64,000 nt of DNA from Escherichia phage vB_EcoM_VR25, in the sequence record NC_028925.1; one strand, 5' to 3'. Below, piece by piece: positions 1 to 10,308 of this stretch. Positions within the stretch are counted from its first letter, which is position 1; the number at the start of each line of letters is the position of its first letter. The notes under the pieces were generated by a model that made no database searches, was not told where the DNA came from, and was given only the letters and a program-made list of their open reading frames with translations. Position numbers and translations under genes: made by a program.

Positions 1-2
1 TT

Positions 3-509
<507 letters not shown>

Positions 510-538
510 AAGTAAAGCAAACTATTAGAGGACTCAAA

Positions 539-2518
539 ATGGCTTTATTATCCCCGGGCATTGAGCTCAAAGAAACAACGGTCCAAAGCACTGTTGTTCG
601 TAACGCGACGGGTCGTGCGGCGCTGGTTGGTAAATTCCAGTGGGGCCCAGCTTTCCAGGTAACTCAGATTACAAACGAAGTGGAACTTGTTGATTTGTTT
701 GGTGGCCCGAACAATATCACAGCTGACTACTTTATGAGTGGAATGAACTTCCTTCAATATGGTAATGACCTGCGCACAGTTCGTGTAGTTAACCGCGACC
801 ACGCTAAAAACGCATCCCCGGTAGCAGGGAACATCGAAAGTACAATCGCTACTGCAGGTTCTAACTATGCAGTCGGTGACGTTATCCAGGTTAAACACAA
901 CCAGACTGTTGTTGAAACTTCTGGCCGTATTACCAAGGTTGACGTTGACGGGAAAATCCTCGCGGTCTTCATTCCGTCTGACAAAATTATTGCCTTTGCA
1001 AAATCTGTAAACCAGTATCCGGACCTTGGTCCAGCATGGACTGCTGAAATCCTGACCACTTCTTCAGGTGTGTCTGGTACGATTACCCTTGGGAAAATTG
1101 TCACCGATTCTGGTATCCTGTTGACCGAAGCAGAAAATAGCGAAGAAGCTATTACCTCTTTGGAATTCCAGGCTTCCCTGCAGAAATATGCAATGCCAGG
1201 TGTTGTTGCTCTTTATCCTGGTGAAATCGGTTCGACTCTCGAAGTTGAAATCGTTTCCAAAGCTGCATATGATGTTGGCGCTTCGAAGATGCTTGACATT
1301 TATCCGAATGGTGGTTCCCGTGCTTCTGTTGCTCGTGCGGTGTTTAACTATGGTCCGCAGACTGACGACCAGTATGCAATCATCGTTCGTCGTGATGGCG
1401 CTATCGTTGAAAACGTTGTTCTGTCAACCAAAGAAGGCGATAAAGACGTTTACGGCAACAACATTTATCTGGACGACTACTTTGCAAAAGGTACTTCCAA
1501 TTACATCTATGCAACTTCTCTGAACTGGCCAAAAGGCTTTGCAGGCATCATCAATCTGATGGGTGGTATTTCTGCAAACGACCAGGTTACTGCTGGTGAT
1601 TTGATGCAAGGTTGGGACCTGTTTGCTGACCGTGAAGCACTGCATATTAACCTGCTTATCGCTGGTGCAGTAGCTGGTGAAGGTGATGCAACCGCTTCAA
1701 CTGTTCAGAAGCACGTGGTTTCTATCGCTGACGAACGTCAGGATTGCCTGGCATTTATCTCTCCACCAAAAGGCCTTCTGGTTAACGTTCCTCTGACCCG
1801 TGCAGTGGATAACCTGATTGACTGGCGTACAGGTGGCGGCTCATTCGATACTGATAACATGAATATCAGCACGACTTATGCAGCGATTGATGGCAACTAT
1901 AAATATCAGTATGATAAATATAACGACGTTAACCGTTGGGTTCCTCTGGCAGCTGATATGGCTGGTCTGTGTGCTCGTACTGATGATGTTTCTCAGCCTT
2001 GGATGTCTCCGGCCGGTTATAACCGTGGTCAGATTCTGAACGTACTGAAATTGGCTATCGAACCTCGTCAGACCCAACGTGACCGCATGTATCAAGAAGC
2101 TATCAACCCGGTTGTTGGTTTCGCAGGTGGTGATGGTTTTGTTCTTTACGGTGATAAGACTGCAACTAAAGTTCCATCTCCGATGGACCATATCAACGTT
2201 CGTCGTCTTACGAATATGCTGAAGAAAAATATCGGTGACGCATCCAAATATAAACTGTTTGAGCTTAACGATAACTTCACTCGTGCATCATTCCGTATGG
2301 AAACTTCTCAATACTTGGATGGTATTCGTGCGCTCGGTGGCATTTATGAAGGTCGTGTGGTTTGTGATACTACCAACAACACCCCGTCGGTCATAGACCG
2401 AAATGAGTTTGTTGCTAGCATTTATTTTAAACCTGCGCGCAGCATCAACTACATCACACTTAATTTCGTAGCCACAAGCACTGGTGCTGATTTTGATGAG
2501 CTGATTGGGCCGCAATAA
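539..2518 (+). CDS. 18: Tail sheath protein
   Basis: 659-aa ORF; length and position match T4 gp18; follows gene 17 and a late promoter. Confidence 0.93.
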   Translation: MALLSPGIELKETTVQSTVVRNATGRAALVGKFQWGPAFQVTQITNEVELVDLFGGPNNITADYFMSGMNFLQYGNDLRTVRVVNRDHAKNASPVAGNIESTIATAGSNYAVGDVIQVKHNQTVVETSGRITKVDVDGKILAVFIPSDKIIAFAKSVNQYPDLGPAWTAEILTTSSGVSGTITLGKIVTDSGILLTEAENSEEAITSLEFQASLQKYAMPGVVALYPGEIGSTLEVEIVSKAAYDVGASKMLDIYPNGGSRASVARAVFNYGPQTDDQYAIIVRRDGAIVENVVLSTKEGDKDVYGNNIYLDDYFAKGTSNYIYATSLNWPKGFAGIINLMGGISANDQVTAGDLMQGWDLFADREALHINLLIAGAVAGEGDATASTVQKHVVSIADERQDCLAFISPPKGLLVNVPLTRAVDNLIDWRTGGGSFDTDNMNISTTYAAIDGNYKYQYDKYNDVNRWVPLAADMAGLCARTDDVSQPWMSPAGYNRGQILNVLKLAIEPRQTQRDRMYQEAINPVVGFAGGDGFVLYGDKTATKVPSPMDHINVRRLTNMLKKNIGDASKYKLFELNDNFTRASFRMETSQYLDGIRALGGIYEGRVVCDTTNNTPSVIDRNEFVASIYFKPARSINYITLNFVATSTGADFDELIGPQ

Positions 2519-2561
2519 TTATCATCGCTTAGAATTTAATTAGTAGTGAAACCGTAGAACC

Positions 2562-2589
2562 ATTATACAGTGTTATAAATAAAAGCATA
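2562..2589 (-). promoter_or_regulatory. Possible antisense middle-type promoter (TATAAT plus MotA-box-like TGCTT) between genes 18 and 19
   Basis: Minus-strand TATAAT at 2562-2567 with TGCTT-containing box at 2581-2589 about 13 nt upstream; embedded in a 10-bp inverted repeat (2552-2561 / 2593-2602). Confidence 0.3.
2574..2581 (+). promoter_or_regulatory. Late promoter box TATAAATA (first of two upstream of gene 19)
   Basis: Exact TATAAATA; lies in the loop of the inverted repeat. Confidence 0.5.
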
Positions 2590-2660
2590 ATCGGTTCTAC
2601 GGGCTCCTGTAATCAATTCTGGGAAGCCATTATCTTGAGATGATGAATCATATTACCTAG

Positions 2661-2668
2661 TATAAATA
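2661..2668 (+). promoter_or_regulatory. Late promoter box TATAAATA upstream of gene 19
   Basis: Exact TATAAATA about 50 nt upstream of the chosen gene 19 start. Confidence 0.6.
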
Positions 2669-2720
2669 CATGCATCAGGGACGCGTTCGCGCGACCTGTG
2701 TCTATAAAGAGGATTCCTTA

Positions 2721-3212
2721 ATGGAGTTGACCGATATCACACGCGCTTTCGAATCCGGTGACTTTGCTCGCCCTAACCTGTTCGAAGTCGAAATCCCATT
2801 CCTGGGTAAAAACTTTGCTTTCCATTGTAAAGCAGCCCCGATGCCTGCTGGCATTGTAGAAAAAGTACCAGTTGGTTATATGAACCGTAAAATCAACGTT
2901 GCGGGAGACCGTACATTTGATGACTGGACTATTACGATTTATAACGACGATGCTCATAAAGTTCGTCAAGCAATTGTTGATTGGCAAAATATGTGTCACG
3001 GTATGACTAACGAAATTACCGGTGCAGCTCCTGCTGATTATAAGAAAACCGCTACTGTCCGCCAGTTCCATCGTGATGGCAAGACCATTACTAAAGAAGT
3101 TGTTATCACCGGCATGTGGCCAACTAACGTTGGGGAAGTCCAGATGGATTGGGATTCGAATAATGAGATTGAGACATTCGAAACTACGTTTGCAATTGAC
3201 TGGTGGGAATAA
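2721..3212 (+). CDS. 19: Tail tube protein
   Basis: Internal ATG at 2721 preceded by AAAGAGGA; product MELTDITRAFESGDFARPNLFEVEIPF... closely matches remembered T4 gp19 N-terminus; the ORF-track start at 2670 sits inside the promoter and is rejected. Confidence 0.93.
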   Translation: MELTDITRAFESGDFARPNLFEVEIPFLGKNFAFHCKAAPMPAGIVEKVPVGYMNRKINVAGDRTFDDWTITIYNDDAHKVRQAIVDWQNMCHGMTNEITGAAPADYKKTATVRQFHRDGKTITKEVVITGMWPTNVGEVQMDWDSNNEIETFETTFAIDWWE

Positions 3213-3213
3213 G

Positions 3214-3221
3214 TATAAATA
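3214..3221 (+). promoter_or_regulatory. Late promoter box TATAAATA upstream of gene 20
   Basis: Exact TATAAATA; followed by a GAGGC-TTCG-GCCTC hairpin at 3231-3246 in the 5' leader. Confidence 0.6.
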
Positions 3222-3269
3222 AAGTTATTATGAGGCTTCGGCCTCATTTCCCAAACTTCGGAGACTCTA

Positions 3270-4844
3270 ATGGCAGGTTTTAATACAATACTAAATTTTC
3301 TTAAGCCTTGGGCTAAAGAAGATGAACAAGAATATAAGCAACAAGAAAAAAATAATTTAGAGTCAATGACCGGGCCGAAGTTTGATGATGGGGCTCGCGA
3401 AATTGAGTCACAAGAACAAAACGTCCCGTATAATGCATTGATGCAACAGATGTTCGGGAGCAACGAACCGGAAGTAAAAAACACCAGGGAATTAATTGAC
3501 ACATACCGCAACCTACTAAATAATTATGAAGTTGATAACGCGGTGCAAGAAATTGTGTCTGATGCTATCGTTTTTGAAGATGGTAAAGATGTCGTAGCTC
3601 TTAACCTTGATGCTACTGAATTTAGTCAGAAAATTAAAGACCGAATTCTCGAAGAATTCTCGGAAGTTAATAACCTCCTTAATTTCGAGCGTAAAGGTTC
3701 TGACCACTTTAAACGTTGGTATGTGGATTCTCGAATTTTCTTCCACAAAATTATCAACCCTTCAAAACTTAAAGAAGGCGTTCAAGAACTTCGTCGCCTT
3801 GACCCAAGACAAATCCAGTTCATCCGTGAAATCGTTACACGCATGGAAAATGGTACGAAAATTGTTGACGGTTACAGAGAATATTTTGTATACGATACTG
3901 GACATGAAAGCTATTGTGCCGATGGTCGTATATATGAAGCGGGTACTAAAATAAAAATTCCTCGTGCGGCAATTGTATATGCACATTCCGGATTACTTGA
4001 TTGTTGCGGTAAGAATATCATCGGATACCTGCAACGAGCAATCAAACCTGCAAACCAATTAAAACTATTAGAAGATGCTTTAGTCATTTATCGTATAACT
4101 CGTGCGCCAGACCGCCGAGTCTTTTATATCGATACTGGGAATATGCCGTCTCGTAAAGCAGCAGCACATATGCAACATATTATGAACACGATGAAAAACC
4201 GTGTCGTATATGATGCAACTACGGGTAAAATCAAAAATCAACAGCATAATATGTCAATGACAGAAGACTATTGGTTGCAACGTCGTGACGGTAAAGCAGT
4301 CACTGAAGTTGATACTCTCCCAGGTGCACAAGGCATGTCGGATATGGACGATGTTCGCTGGTTTAAGAACAACCTATATCAGGCTCTCAGAATTCCATTA
4401 TCTCGTATCCCTAATGACCAGAACAGTGGCGTTATGTTTGATGCGGGGGCGACAATTACTCGCGATGAATTGAATTTCTCTAAATGGATTAGACAACTAC
4501 AGAATAAATTTGAAGAAGTTTTCCTCGACCCGCTTAAAACCAACCTTATCCTGAAAAAAGTTATTTCAGAAGAGGAATGGGACAAGGAACTAAATAATAT
4601 TAAAGTTACGTTCAACCGTGATAGCTATTTCACCGAAATGAAAGATGCAGAAATCATGGAACGCAGAATCAATATGCTAACGATGGCTGAACCGTTTATC
4701 GGTAAATATATTTCGCATCAAACTGCAATGAAGGATTTCCTCCAGATGTCTGATGAAGAAATTAATCAAGAAGCTAAGCAAATTGAATTGGAGTCCAAAG
4801 AGGCTCGTTTCCAAAACCCTGAAGAAGAAGAAGAGGATTTCTAA
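3270..4844 (+). CDS. 20: Portal vertex protein
   Basis: 524-aa ORF, same length class and position as T4 gp20. Confidence 0.93.
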   Translation: MAGFNTILNFLKPWAKEDEQEYKQQEKNNLESMTGPKFDDGAREIESQEQNVPYNALMQQMFGSNEPEVKNTRELIDTYRNLLNNYEVDNAVQEIVSDAIVFEDGKDVVALNLDATEFSQKIKDRILEEFSEVNNLLNFERKGSDHFKRWYVDSRIFFHKIINPSKLKEGVQELRRLDPRQIQFIREIVTRMENGTKIVDGYREYFVYDTGHESYCADGRIYEAGTKIKIPRAAIVYAHSGLLDCCGKNIIGYLQRAIKPANQLKLLEDALVIYRITRAPDRRVFYIDTGNMPSRKAAAHMQHIMNTMKNRVVYDATTGKIKNQQHNMSMTEDYWLQRRDGKAVTEVDTLPGAQGMSDMDDVRWFKNNLYQALRIPLSRIPNDQNSGVMFDAGATITRDELNFSKWIRQLQNKFEEVFLDPLKTNLILKKVISEEEWDKELNNIKVTFNRDSYFTEMKDAEIMERRINMLTMAEPFIGKYISHQTAMKDFLQMSDEEINQEAKQIELESKEARFQNPEEEEEDF

Positions 4845-5098
4845 TGGATGATTTATTTGAAGCCATTAAATCAAACGACCTCGTAGCCGTTCGCAAATAT
4901 TTTGCTGAAAACATTGGCCCAGTATGCGGTAGTTTGATTGAAGAACGTAAGATTGAAATTGCACGTTCCATCATGATTGAAGGTGAAGAGCCTAAAGAAG
5001 ATGATGAAAACAAGGACGACAAAGCAGAAAAGAAAGACAAAAAAGAATCTGACGACGCTGACGAAGGCGACGACGATGAAGATGAGGACGATGAATAA
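4844..5098 (+). CDS. 67: Prohead core protein (acidic C-terminus)
   Basis: Small ORF with poly-D/E tail in the gene 67 slot; start overlaps gene 20 stop. Confidence 0.8.
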   Translation: MDDLFEAIKSNDLVAVRKYFAENIGPVCGSLIEERKIEIARSIMIEGEEPKEDDENKDDKAEKKDKKESDDADEGDDDEDEDDE

Positions 5099-5526
5099 TG
5101 TTTATTATCCCTGACGATTACGAATTAACTCTTGAAAACATCGAAAGTGTTTCCGAAGAAGCTCAGGGACAATTTGATTCATTATCTGAAGCCTTAGAAA
5201 AAGACGATATAAATATTATTGTAGAAAACATGTTTGCAGCCGGTGAATATGAAAAAGCAACGGTTATCGGCGCACTGAATGAAGGTGTTCAGCTTAACGA
5301 ATTTATCGTTAAACATGTATCGTCTCGCGGTGAGTTAACCCGCACAAAAGACCGAGCTACTCGTAAGCGTAATGCTTTCCAAACAACTGGTCTTTCTAAA
5401 GCTAAACGTCGTCAAATTGCCCGACTGGCTACTAAAACGAAAAGAGCAAACCCATCTACGCAAATCAGAGCAGAGCGCAAGCGTAAAAAAGCTCGAGCTA
5501 AGCGTAAAGCATTCGGACTTGATTAA
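5098..5526 (+). CDS. 68: Prohead core protein
   Basis: 142-aa ORF in the gene 68 slot, translationally coupled (TAATG) to neighbours. Confidence 0.8.
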   Translation: MFIIPDDYELTLENIESVSEEAQGQFDSLSEALEKDDINIIVENMFAAGEYEKATVIGALNEGVQLNEFIVKHVSSRGELTRTKDRATRKRNAFQTTGLSKAKRRQIARLATKTKRANPSTQIRAERKRKKARAKRKAFGLD

Positions 5527-6164
5527 TGGAACAGAAACCAGAGTTACTAATCGAACACTGGGGTCAACCGGGCGAAATTAAAGATGGTGTACCGATGTTG
5601 GAATCTCATGATGGTTCCAGCAGCGGTTTAAAGCCAGGACTTTATATTGAAGGTATTTTCCTACAAGCTGAAGTTGTTAACCGTAATAAACGACTTTATC
5701 CTAAACGTATTTTGGAAAAAGCCGTTGCGGACTATATCGCCGAACAGGTTGAAACCAAGCAGTCTCTTGGAGAATTAAACCATCCACCTCGTGCAAACGT
5801 TGACCCTATGCAGGCAGCAATTATTATCGAGGAAATGTGGTGGAAAGGGAATGATGTATATGGCCGCGCGCGTATTATCGAAGGCGACCATGGTCCAGGT
5901 GATAAACTTGCTGCGAATATAAGAGCGGGTTGGATTCCTGGTGTATCTAGTCGTGGGCTCGGTTCCCTGACTAAATCAGCAAAAGGTTATAACATCGTCA
6001 ATGAAGGTTTTAAATTGACGGTTGGAGTAGATGCAGTATGGGGGCCAAGTGCTCCGGACGCTTGGGTCAAACCAAAGCAGATTACAGAATCACAAACGGC
6101 GGAAGCCGATACAAGTGCCGACGACGCCTTTATGGCTCTCGCAGAGGCTTTAAAGACGTTATAA
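5526..6164 (+). CDS. 21: Prohead core scaffold protein and protease
   Basis: 212-aa ORF in T4 gene 21 position between 68 and 22. Confidence 0.9.
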   Translation: MEQKPELLIEHWGQPGEIKDGVPMLESHDGSSSGLKPGLYIEGIFLQAEVVNRNKRLYPKRILEKAVADYIAEQVETKQSLGELNHPPRANVDPMQAAIIIEEMWWKGNDVYGRARIIEGDHGPGDKLAANIRAGWIPGVSSRGLGSLTKSAKGYNIVNEGFKLTVGVDAVWGPSAPDAWVKPKQITESQTAEADTSADDAFMALAEALKTL

Positions 6165-6167
6165 ATA
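6160..6167 (+). promoter_or_regulatory. Late promoter box TATAAATA upstream of gene 22
   Basis: Exact TATAAATA overlapping the gene 21 stop, about 30 nt before the gene 22 ATG. Confidence 0.55.
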
Positions 6168-6196
6168 AATGTATATCTTAACAACAGGACTACAAA

Positions 6197-7015
6197 ATGC
6201 TTAAAGAACAACTCATTTCTGAAGCTCAAAACATCGATGCTTCCGTTGCTCTCGATAGTATTTTCGAATCAGTTAATTTGTCCCCGGAAGCGAAAGCTAC
6301 CTTCGGCACTGTATTCGAAGCTACCGTCAAGCAACACGCCATCAAACTGGCAGAATCTCACATTCACGCCATCGCTGAAAAAGCTGAAGAAGAAGTCGAA
6401 AAGAATAAAGAAGAATCCGACGAAAAAGCAGAGAAAAAACTGAAAGAATCTGCAGCTAAATTCCTGGACCACGTTGCTAAAGAATGGCTTGCTGAAAACA
6501 AACTGGCTGTCGACCGTGGCATTAAAGCTGACCTGTTCGAATCCATGTTTACCGGCATGAAAGAACTGTTCGTTGAGCACAACGTTGTTGTTCCAGAAGA
6601 ATCTGTTGATGTTGTTGCAGAAATGCAGGAAGAACTGGAAGAGCAAAAAGCTGAAACCGCTAGTCTGTTCGAAGAAGTTTCTAAGCGTGATGCTTATATC
6701 AATTATGTCCAGCGCGAAGTTGCGTTGACTGAAGCGACCAAAGACCTGACCGAATCTCAAAAAGAAAAAGTTGGTTCTCTGGTAGAAGGTATGGATTATT
6801 CCGATGCGTTCGGTACCAAAATTGGCGCTATCGTTGAAATGGTTAAAGGTCAGGTAGACACCGCCGAAAAACCTATCACCGAAGCAGCTATAAATAATTC
6901 TGTAGACGATGCTGCGGCACTGAATTACATCTCAGAAGCAGTTGAAGAAAAAGGCGCCAAGCCTACCCTGTCCTTCGCGGACTTGTCTGCTCTCGCAGCA
7001 TCACGAATTTCTTAA
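6197..7015 (+). CDS. 22: Prohead core scaffold protein
   Basis: 272-aa acidic, coiled-coil-like ORF in the gene 22 slot. Confidence 0.9.
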   Translation: MLKEQLISEAQNIDASVALDSIFESVNLSPEAKATFGTVFEATVKQHAIKLAESHIHAIAEKAEEEVEKNKEESDEKAEKKLKESAAKFLDHVAKEWLAENKLAVDRGIKADLFESMFTGMKELFVEHNVVVPEESVDVVAEMQEELEEQKAETASLFEEVSKRDAYINYVQREVALTEATKDLTESQKEKVGSLVEGMDYSDAFGTKIGAIVEMVKGQVDTAEKPITEAAINNSVDDAAALNYISEAVEEKGAKPTLSFADLSALAASRIS

Positions 7016-7036
7016 TTTAATAAGGTTATACAACAC

Positions 7037-8596
7037 ATGAAAAAGAATGCATTAGTTCAAAAATGGTCCGCTCTGCTGGAAAACGAAGCTCTTCCTGAAA
7101 TCGTTGGTGCTTCTAAACAAGCTATCATCGCTAAAATCTTTGAAAACCAGGAACAAGATATCCTGACCGCTCCTGAATACCGTGACGAAAAAATCTCCGA
7201 AGCATTTGGTTCTTTCCTGACTGAAGCTGAAATCGGTGGTGACCATGGTTATGATGCTACCAATATCGCGGCTGGCCAGACCTCTGGTGCAGTAACTCAG
7301 ATTGGGCCGGCAGTTATGGGTATGGTTCGTCGTGCTATCCCGCATCTGATTGCGTTTGATATTTGTGGCGTGCAGCCTCTGAACAACCCGACTGGCCAGG
7401 TATTTGCCCTGCGTGCAGTTTACGGTAAAGACCCTGTAGCTGCTGGTGCTAAAGAAGCTTTCCACCCGATGTATGCTCCGAACGCTATGTTCTCTGGTCA
7501 GGGCGCTGCTGAAGCTTTCGAAGCTCTGGCTGCAAGCAAAGTTCTTACCGTTGGTAAAATTTATTCTCACTTCTTCGAAGCAACCGGTTCCGCACACTAC
7601 CAGGCTGTTGAAGCTGTAACCGTTGATGCTGGCGCTACTGATGCTGCTAAACTTGACGCTGAAGTTACCAAACTGCTCGAAGCTGGTAAACTGGCAGAAA
7701 TTGCTGAAGGTATGGCTACCTCTATCGCCGAACTGCAGGAAGGTTTCAACGGTTCTCAGGATAACCCGTGGAACGAAATGGGCTTCCGCATCGATAAACA
7801 AGTTATCGAAGCTAAATCCCGTCAGCTGAAAGCAAGCTACTCTATCGAACTGGCACAGGACCTGCGCGCTGTTCACGGTATGGACGCTGATGCTGAATTG
7901 AGTGGTATTCTGGCTACTGAAATTATGCTGGAAATCAACCGCGAAGTTATCGATTGGATTAACTACTCCGCACAGGTTGGTAAATCTGGTATGACCAACA
8001 CCGTTGGCGCTAAAGCTGGTGTGTTTGACTTCCAGGACCCAATTGATATCCGTGGCGCTCGTTGGGCTGGTGAAAGCTTCAAAGCTTTACTGTTCCAGAT
8101 TGATAAAGAAGCCGCTGAAATCGCTCGTCAGACCGGTCGTGGTGCAGGTAACTTCATCATCGCTTCCCGTAACGTAGTTAACGTACTGGCTGCAGTTGAT
8201 ACCTCCGTATCTTATGCTGCTCAGGGTCTGGGTAAAGGTTTCAACGTTGACACCACTAAAGCTGTGTTCGCTGGTGTTCTGGGTGGCAAATACCGTGTCT
8301 ATATCGACCAGTATGCTCGCGCAGATTACTTCACCATCGGTTACAAAGGCGCTAACGAAATGGATGCTGGTATCTACTACGCACCATATGTTGCACTGAC
8401 CCCGCTGCGTGGCTCTGACCCGAAAAACTTCCAGCCGGTTATGGGCTTCAAAACCCGTTACGGTATCGGTATTAACCCGTTCGCTGACCCGGCAGCTCAG
8501 GCTCCGACCAAGCGTATTCAAAACGGCATGCCGGACATTGTTAACAGCCTCGGCTTGAACGGTTACTTTAGACGTGTATATGTAAAAGGTATCTAA
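7037..8596 (+). CDS. 23: Major capsid protein
   Basis: 519-aa ORF; paralogous to the downstream gp24 ORFs (shared SRKLK..S..ELAQDL and YYAPY motifs); T4 order. Confidence 0.95.
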   Translation: MKKNALVQKWSALLENEALPEIVGASKQAIIAKIFENQEQDILTAPEYRDEKISEAFGSFLTEAEIGGDHGYDATNIAAGQTSGAVTQIGPAVMGMVRRAIPHLIAFDICGVQPLNNPTGQVFALRAVYGKDPVAAGAKEAFHPMYAPNAMFSGQGAAEAFEALAASKVLTVGKIYSHFFEATGSAHYQAVEAVTVDAGATDAAKLDAEVTKLLEAGKLAEIAEGMATSIAELQEGFNGSQDNPWNEMGFRIDKQVIEAKSRQLKASYSIELAQDLRAVHGMDADAELSGILATEIMLEINREVIDWINYSAQVGKSGMTNTVGAKAGVFDFQDPIDIRGARWAGESFKALLFQIDKEAAEIARQTGRGAGNFIIASRNVVNVLAAVDTSVSYAAQGLGKGFNVDTTKAVFAGVLGGKYRVYIDQYARADYFTIGYKGANEMDAGIYYAPYVALTPLRGSDPKNFQPVMGFKTRYGIGINPFADPAAQAPTKRIQNGMPDIVNSLGLNGYFRRVYVKGI

Positions 8597-8614
8597 GCCT
8601 TAAAAATTAAAAAA

Positions 8615-8637
8615 GGGACCTTCGGGTCCCTTTCTTG
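8615..8637 (+). terminator. Rho-independent terminator after gene 23
   Basis: GGGACC-TTCG-GGTCCC stem followed by T-rich tract. Confidence 0.7.
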
Positions 8638-8640
8638 TTT

Positions 8641-8934
8641 TCATACCATACCATTTAAATGAACTTCTACCCGGCGCTTGATGAGGTCTCTGAAATTAAC
8701 ACTGTTCTCTTGAAGTTTCAACCAGTTACCTGATTTGTCTTTGGTGTGAGTAGAATAATTACCATTCCACCAAAAATCAGTATCATATGCTAAGTTTTCA
8801 TATTTTTTAACTAGTTTGTTCAGAGCATTACCATTAACACCATTTGGGTATTTGTTGACCAATGCAACAACTTCAATTTCCAGATTTTTAAAGGTATTCC
8901 GAAGGAAAGATACTTTGTTCATTTTAGACTCCAT
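8641..8934 (-). CDS. Hypothetical protein (97 aa), opposite strand between genes 23 and 24
   Basis: ORF with GGAG 6 nt upstream of ATG and an early-type promoter upstream; no recognisable domain. Confidence 0.55.
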   Translation of the reverse strand: MESKMNKVSFLRNTFKNLEIEVVALVNKYPNGVNGNALNKLVKKYENLAYDTDFWWNGNYSTHTKDKSGNWLKLQENSVNFRDLIKRRVEVHLNGMV

Positions 8935-8958
8935 TGTTTGGTAACTCAGTATGAAATC

Positions 8959-8988
8959 ATTATGTCTTATCTTAATCGGGTTGTAAAC
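8959..8988 (-). promoter_or_regulatory. Early-type promoter (TTTACA-17 nt-CATAAT) on minus strand
   Basis: -35 TTTACA and -10 CATAAT with 17-nt spacer; near-identical copy at 34682-34711. Confidence 0.45.
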
Positions 8989-8994
8989 AACTTT

Positions 8995-9002
8995 TATAAA
9001 TA
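8995..9002 (+). promoter_or_regulatory. Late promoter box TATAAATA upstream of gene 24
   Basis: Exact TATAAATA 25 nt upstream of the gene 24 ATG. Confidence 0.6.
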
Positions 9003-9027
9003 AAGTATATCACAAAAGGAAAGCGCA

Positions 9028-10308
9028 ATGGCAAAGATTAACGAACTGCTGCGCGAGTCAACTACCACTACCAGCAACTCCTTGGGCCGCCCGAATCTTG
9101 TTGCTTTGACCCGTGCTACAACCAAATTGATTTACCGCGATATTATCGCTGAACAACGTACTAACCAGCCAGTTGCGGCTCTGTACGGTGTTAAATATCT
9201 TACTCCTGATAATGAATTCAGTTTCCAGACTGGTGCTACTTATGGTGGTGAAGTCGGTTCTAAAGACCGTACAACTATTCCAGAATTAGCTACAGCTACT
9301 CAGCCTGTTGCTAAAGGCGAATATGTAAAATATCAAAATATCGTTTACAAAGCTCTGGTGGATAATCCATTTGCAACAACCACAGAAACAGTATTATCTG
9401 ATGTTCTACAGGAAGGTCTTATTGCATCGACTATTCGTTTAGTTCCTGATGCAGCGCATACCGAGAAATTTGAAGCCGGTGATGTTGAAATTAGTAACGC
9501 CGTGTTCCAGGTTAATAAATGGAATGCTCCTGTTAAATCCCGTAAATTGAAAACTGCACTGACTGTTGAACTTGCTCAGGATATGGAAGCAAACGGTTTT
9601 AATGCTCCTGCTTTCCTGGAAGACCTGCTTGCAACTACCATGGCAGACGAAATTAACAAAGATGTTCTGCAGTCTCTGATTACCGTTTCCAAGCGTTATA
9701 AAGTCACTGGCGTTTCTGATAAAGGTTTCATCGATTTGACATATGATTCAGCTCCAGAAGGCGCACGTAAACTATACGAACTGGTTTGCGAAATGAACTC
9801 TGAAATTCAGAAAACTACATCTTACTCTGGTACATTCGTTGTTGCCTCAAGTCGTGTGGCCGCGATGCTCGCCGGTTCCGGTTGGTTGAAACATAAACCT
9901 GAAGATGAACAATGGCTCCCGGAAACCGCGTACGGCTATTTGATTAATGGTCTTCCTGTATTCTGTGATGTTAACAGTCCATTGGATTATGTAACCGTTG
10001 GCGTTAAAGAAAATTACGGTGGAAACGAAGTCGTAGGCTCAATCTTCTATGCTCCTTATACCGAAGGCCTGGACTTAGATGATGAAGAACATGTAGGTGC
10101 GTTTAAGGTCATTGTGGACCCAGACAGCTTGCAGCCATCTATCTCCTTGATGGTTCGATATGCACTTTCAGCTAACCCTTACACCGTTGCTAAAGACGAC
10201 AAAGAAGCTCGTATTATCGATGCAACTAATATGGATTTAATGGCCGGCCAGAGCAACATGTCTTATCTGCTCGGTGTTAAACTTCCACCAATCATTTATG
10301 AGGCGTAA
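9028..10308 (+). CDS. 24: Head vertex protein gp24
   Basis: 426-aa ORF; N-terminus MAKINELLRESTTT..SLGRPNLVALTRATTKLIY matches remembered T4 gp24. Confidence 0.93.
   Translation: MAKINELLRESTTTTSNSLGRPNLVALTRATTKLIYRDIIAEQRTNQPVAALYGVKYLTPDNEFSFQTGATYGGEVGSKDRTTIPELATATQPVAKGEYVKYQNIVYKALVDNPFATTTETVLSDVLQEGLIASTIRLVPDAAHTEKFEAGDVEISNAVFQVNKWNAPVKSRKLKTALTVELAQDMEANGFNAPAFLEDLLATTMADEINKDVLQSLITVSKRYKVTGVSDKGFIDLTYDSAPEGARKLYELVCEMNSEIQKTTSYSGTFVVASSRVAAMLAGSGWLKHKPEDEQWLPETAYGYLINGLPVFCDVNSPLDYVTVGVKENYGGNEVVGSIFYAPYTEGLDLDDEEHVGAFKVIVDPDSLQPSISLMVRYALSANPYTVAKDDKEARIIDATNMDLMAGQSNMSYLLGVKLPPIIYEA

Noticed and set aside
6269-6760. 163-aa minus-strand ORF
   Set aside because: Antisense to gene 22; Phe-rich shadow frame of a Glu/Lys-rich gene
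7052-7876. 274-aa minus-strand ORF
   Set aside because: Antisense within the major capsid gene 23; no independent support
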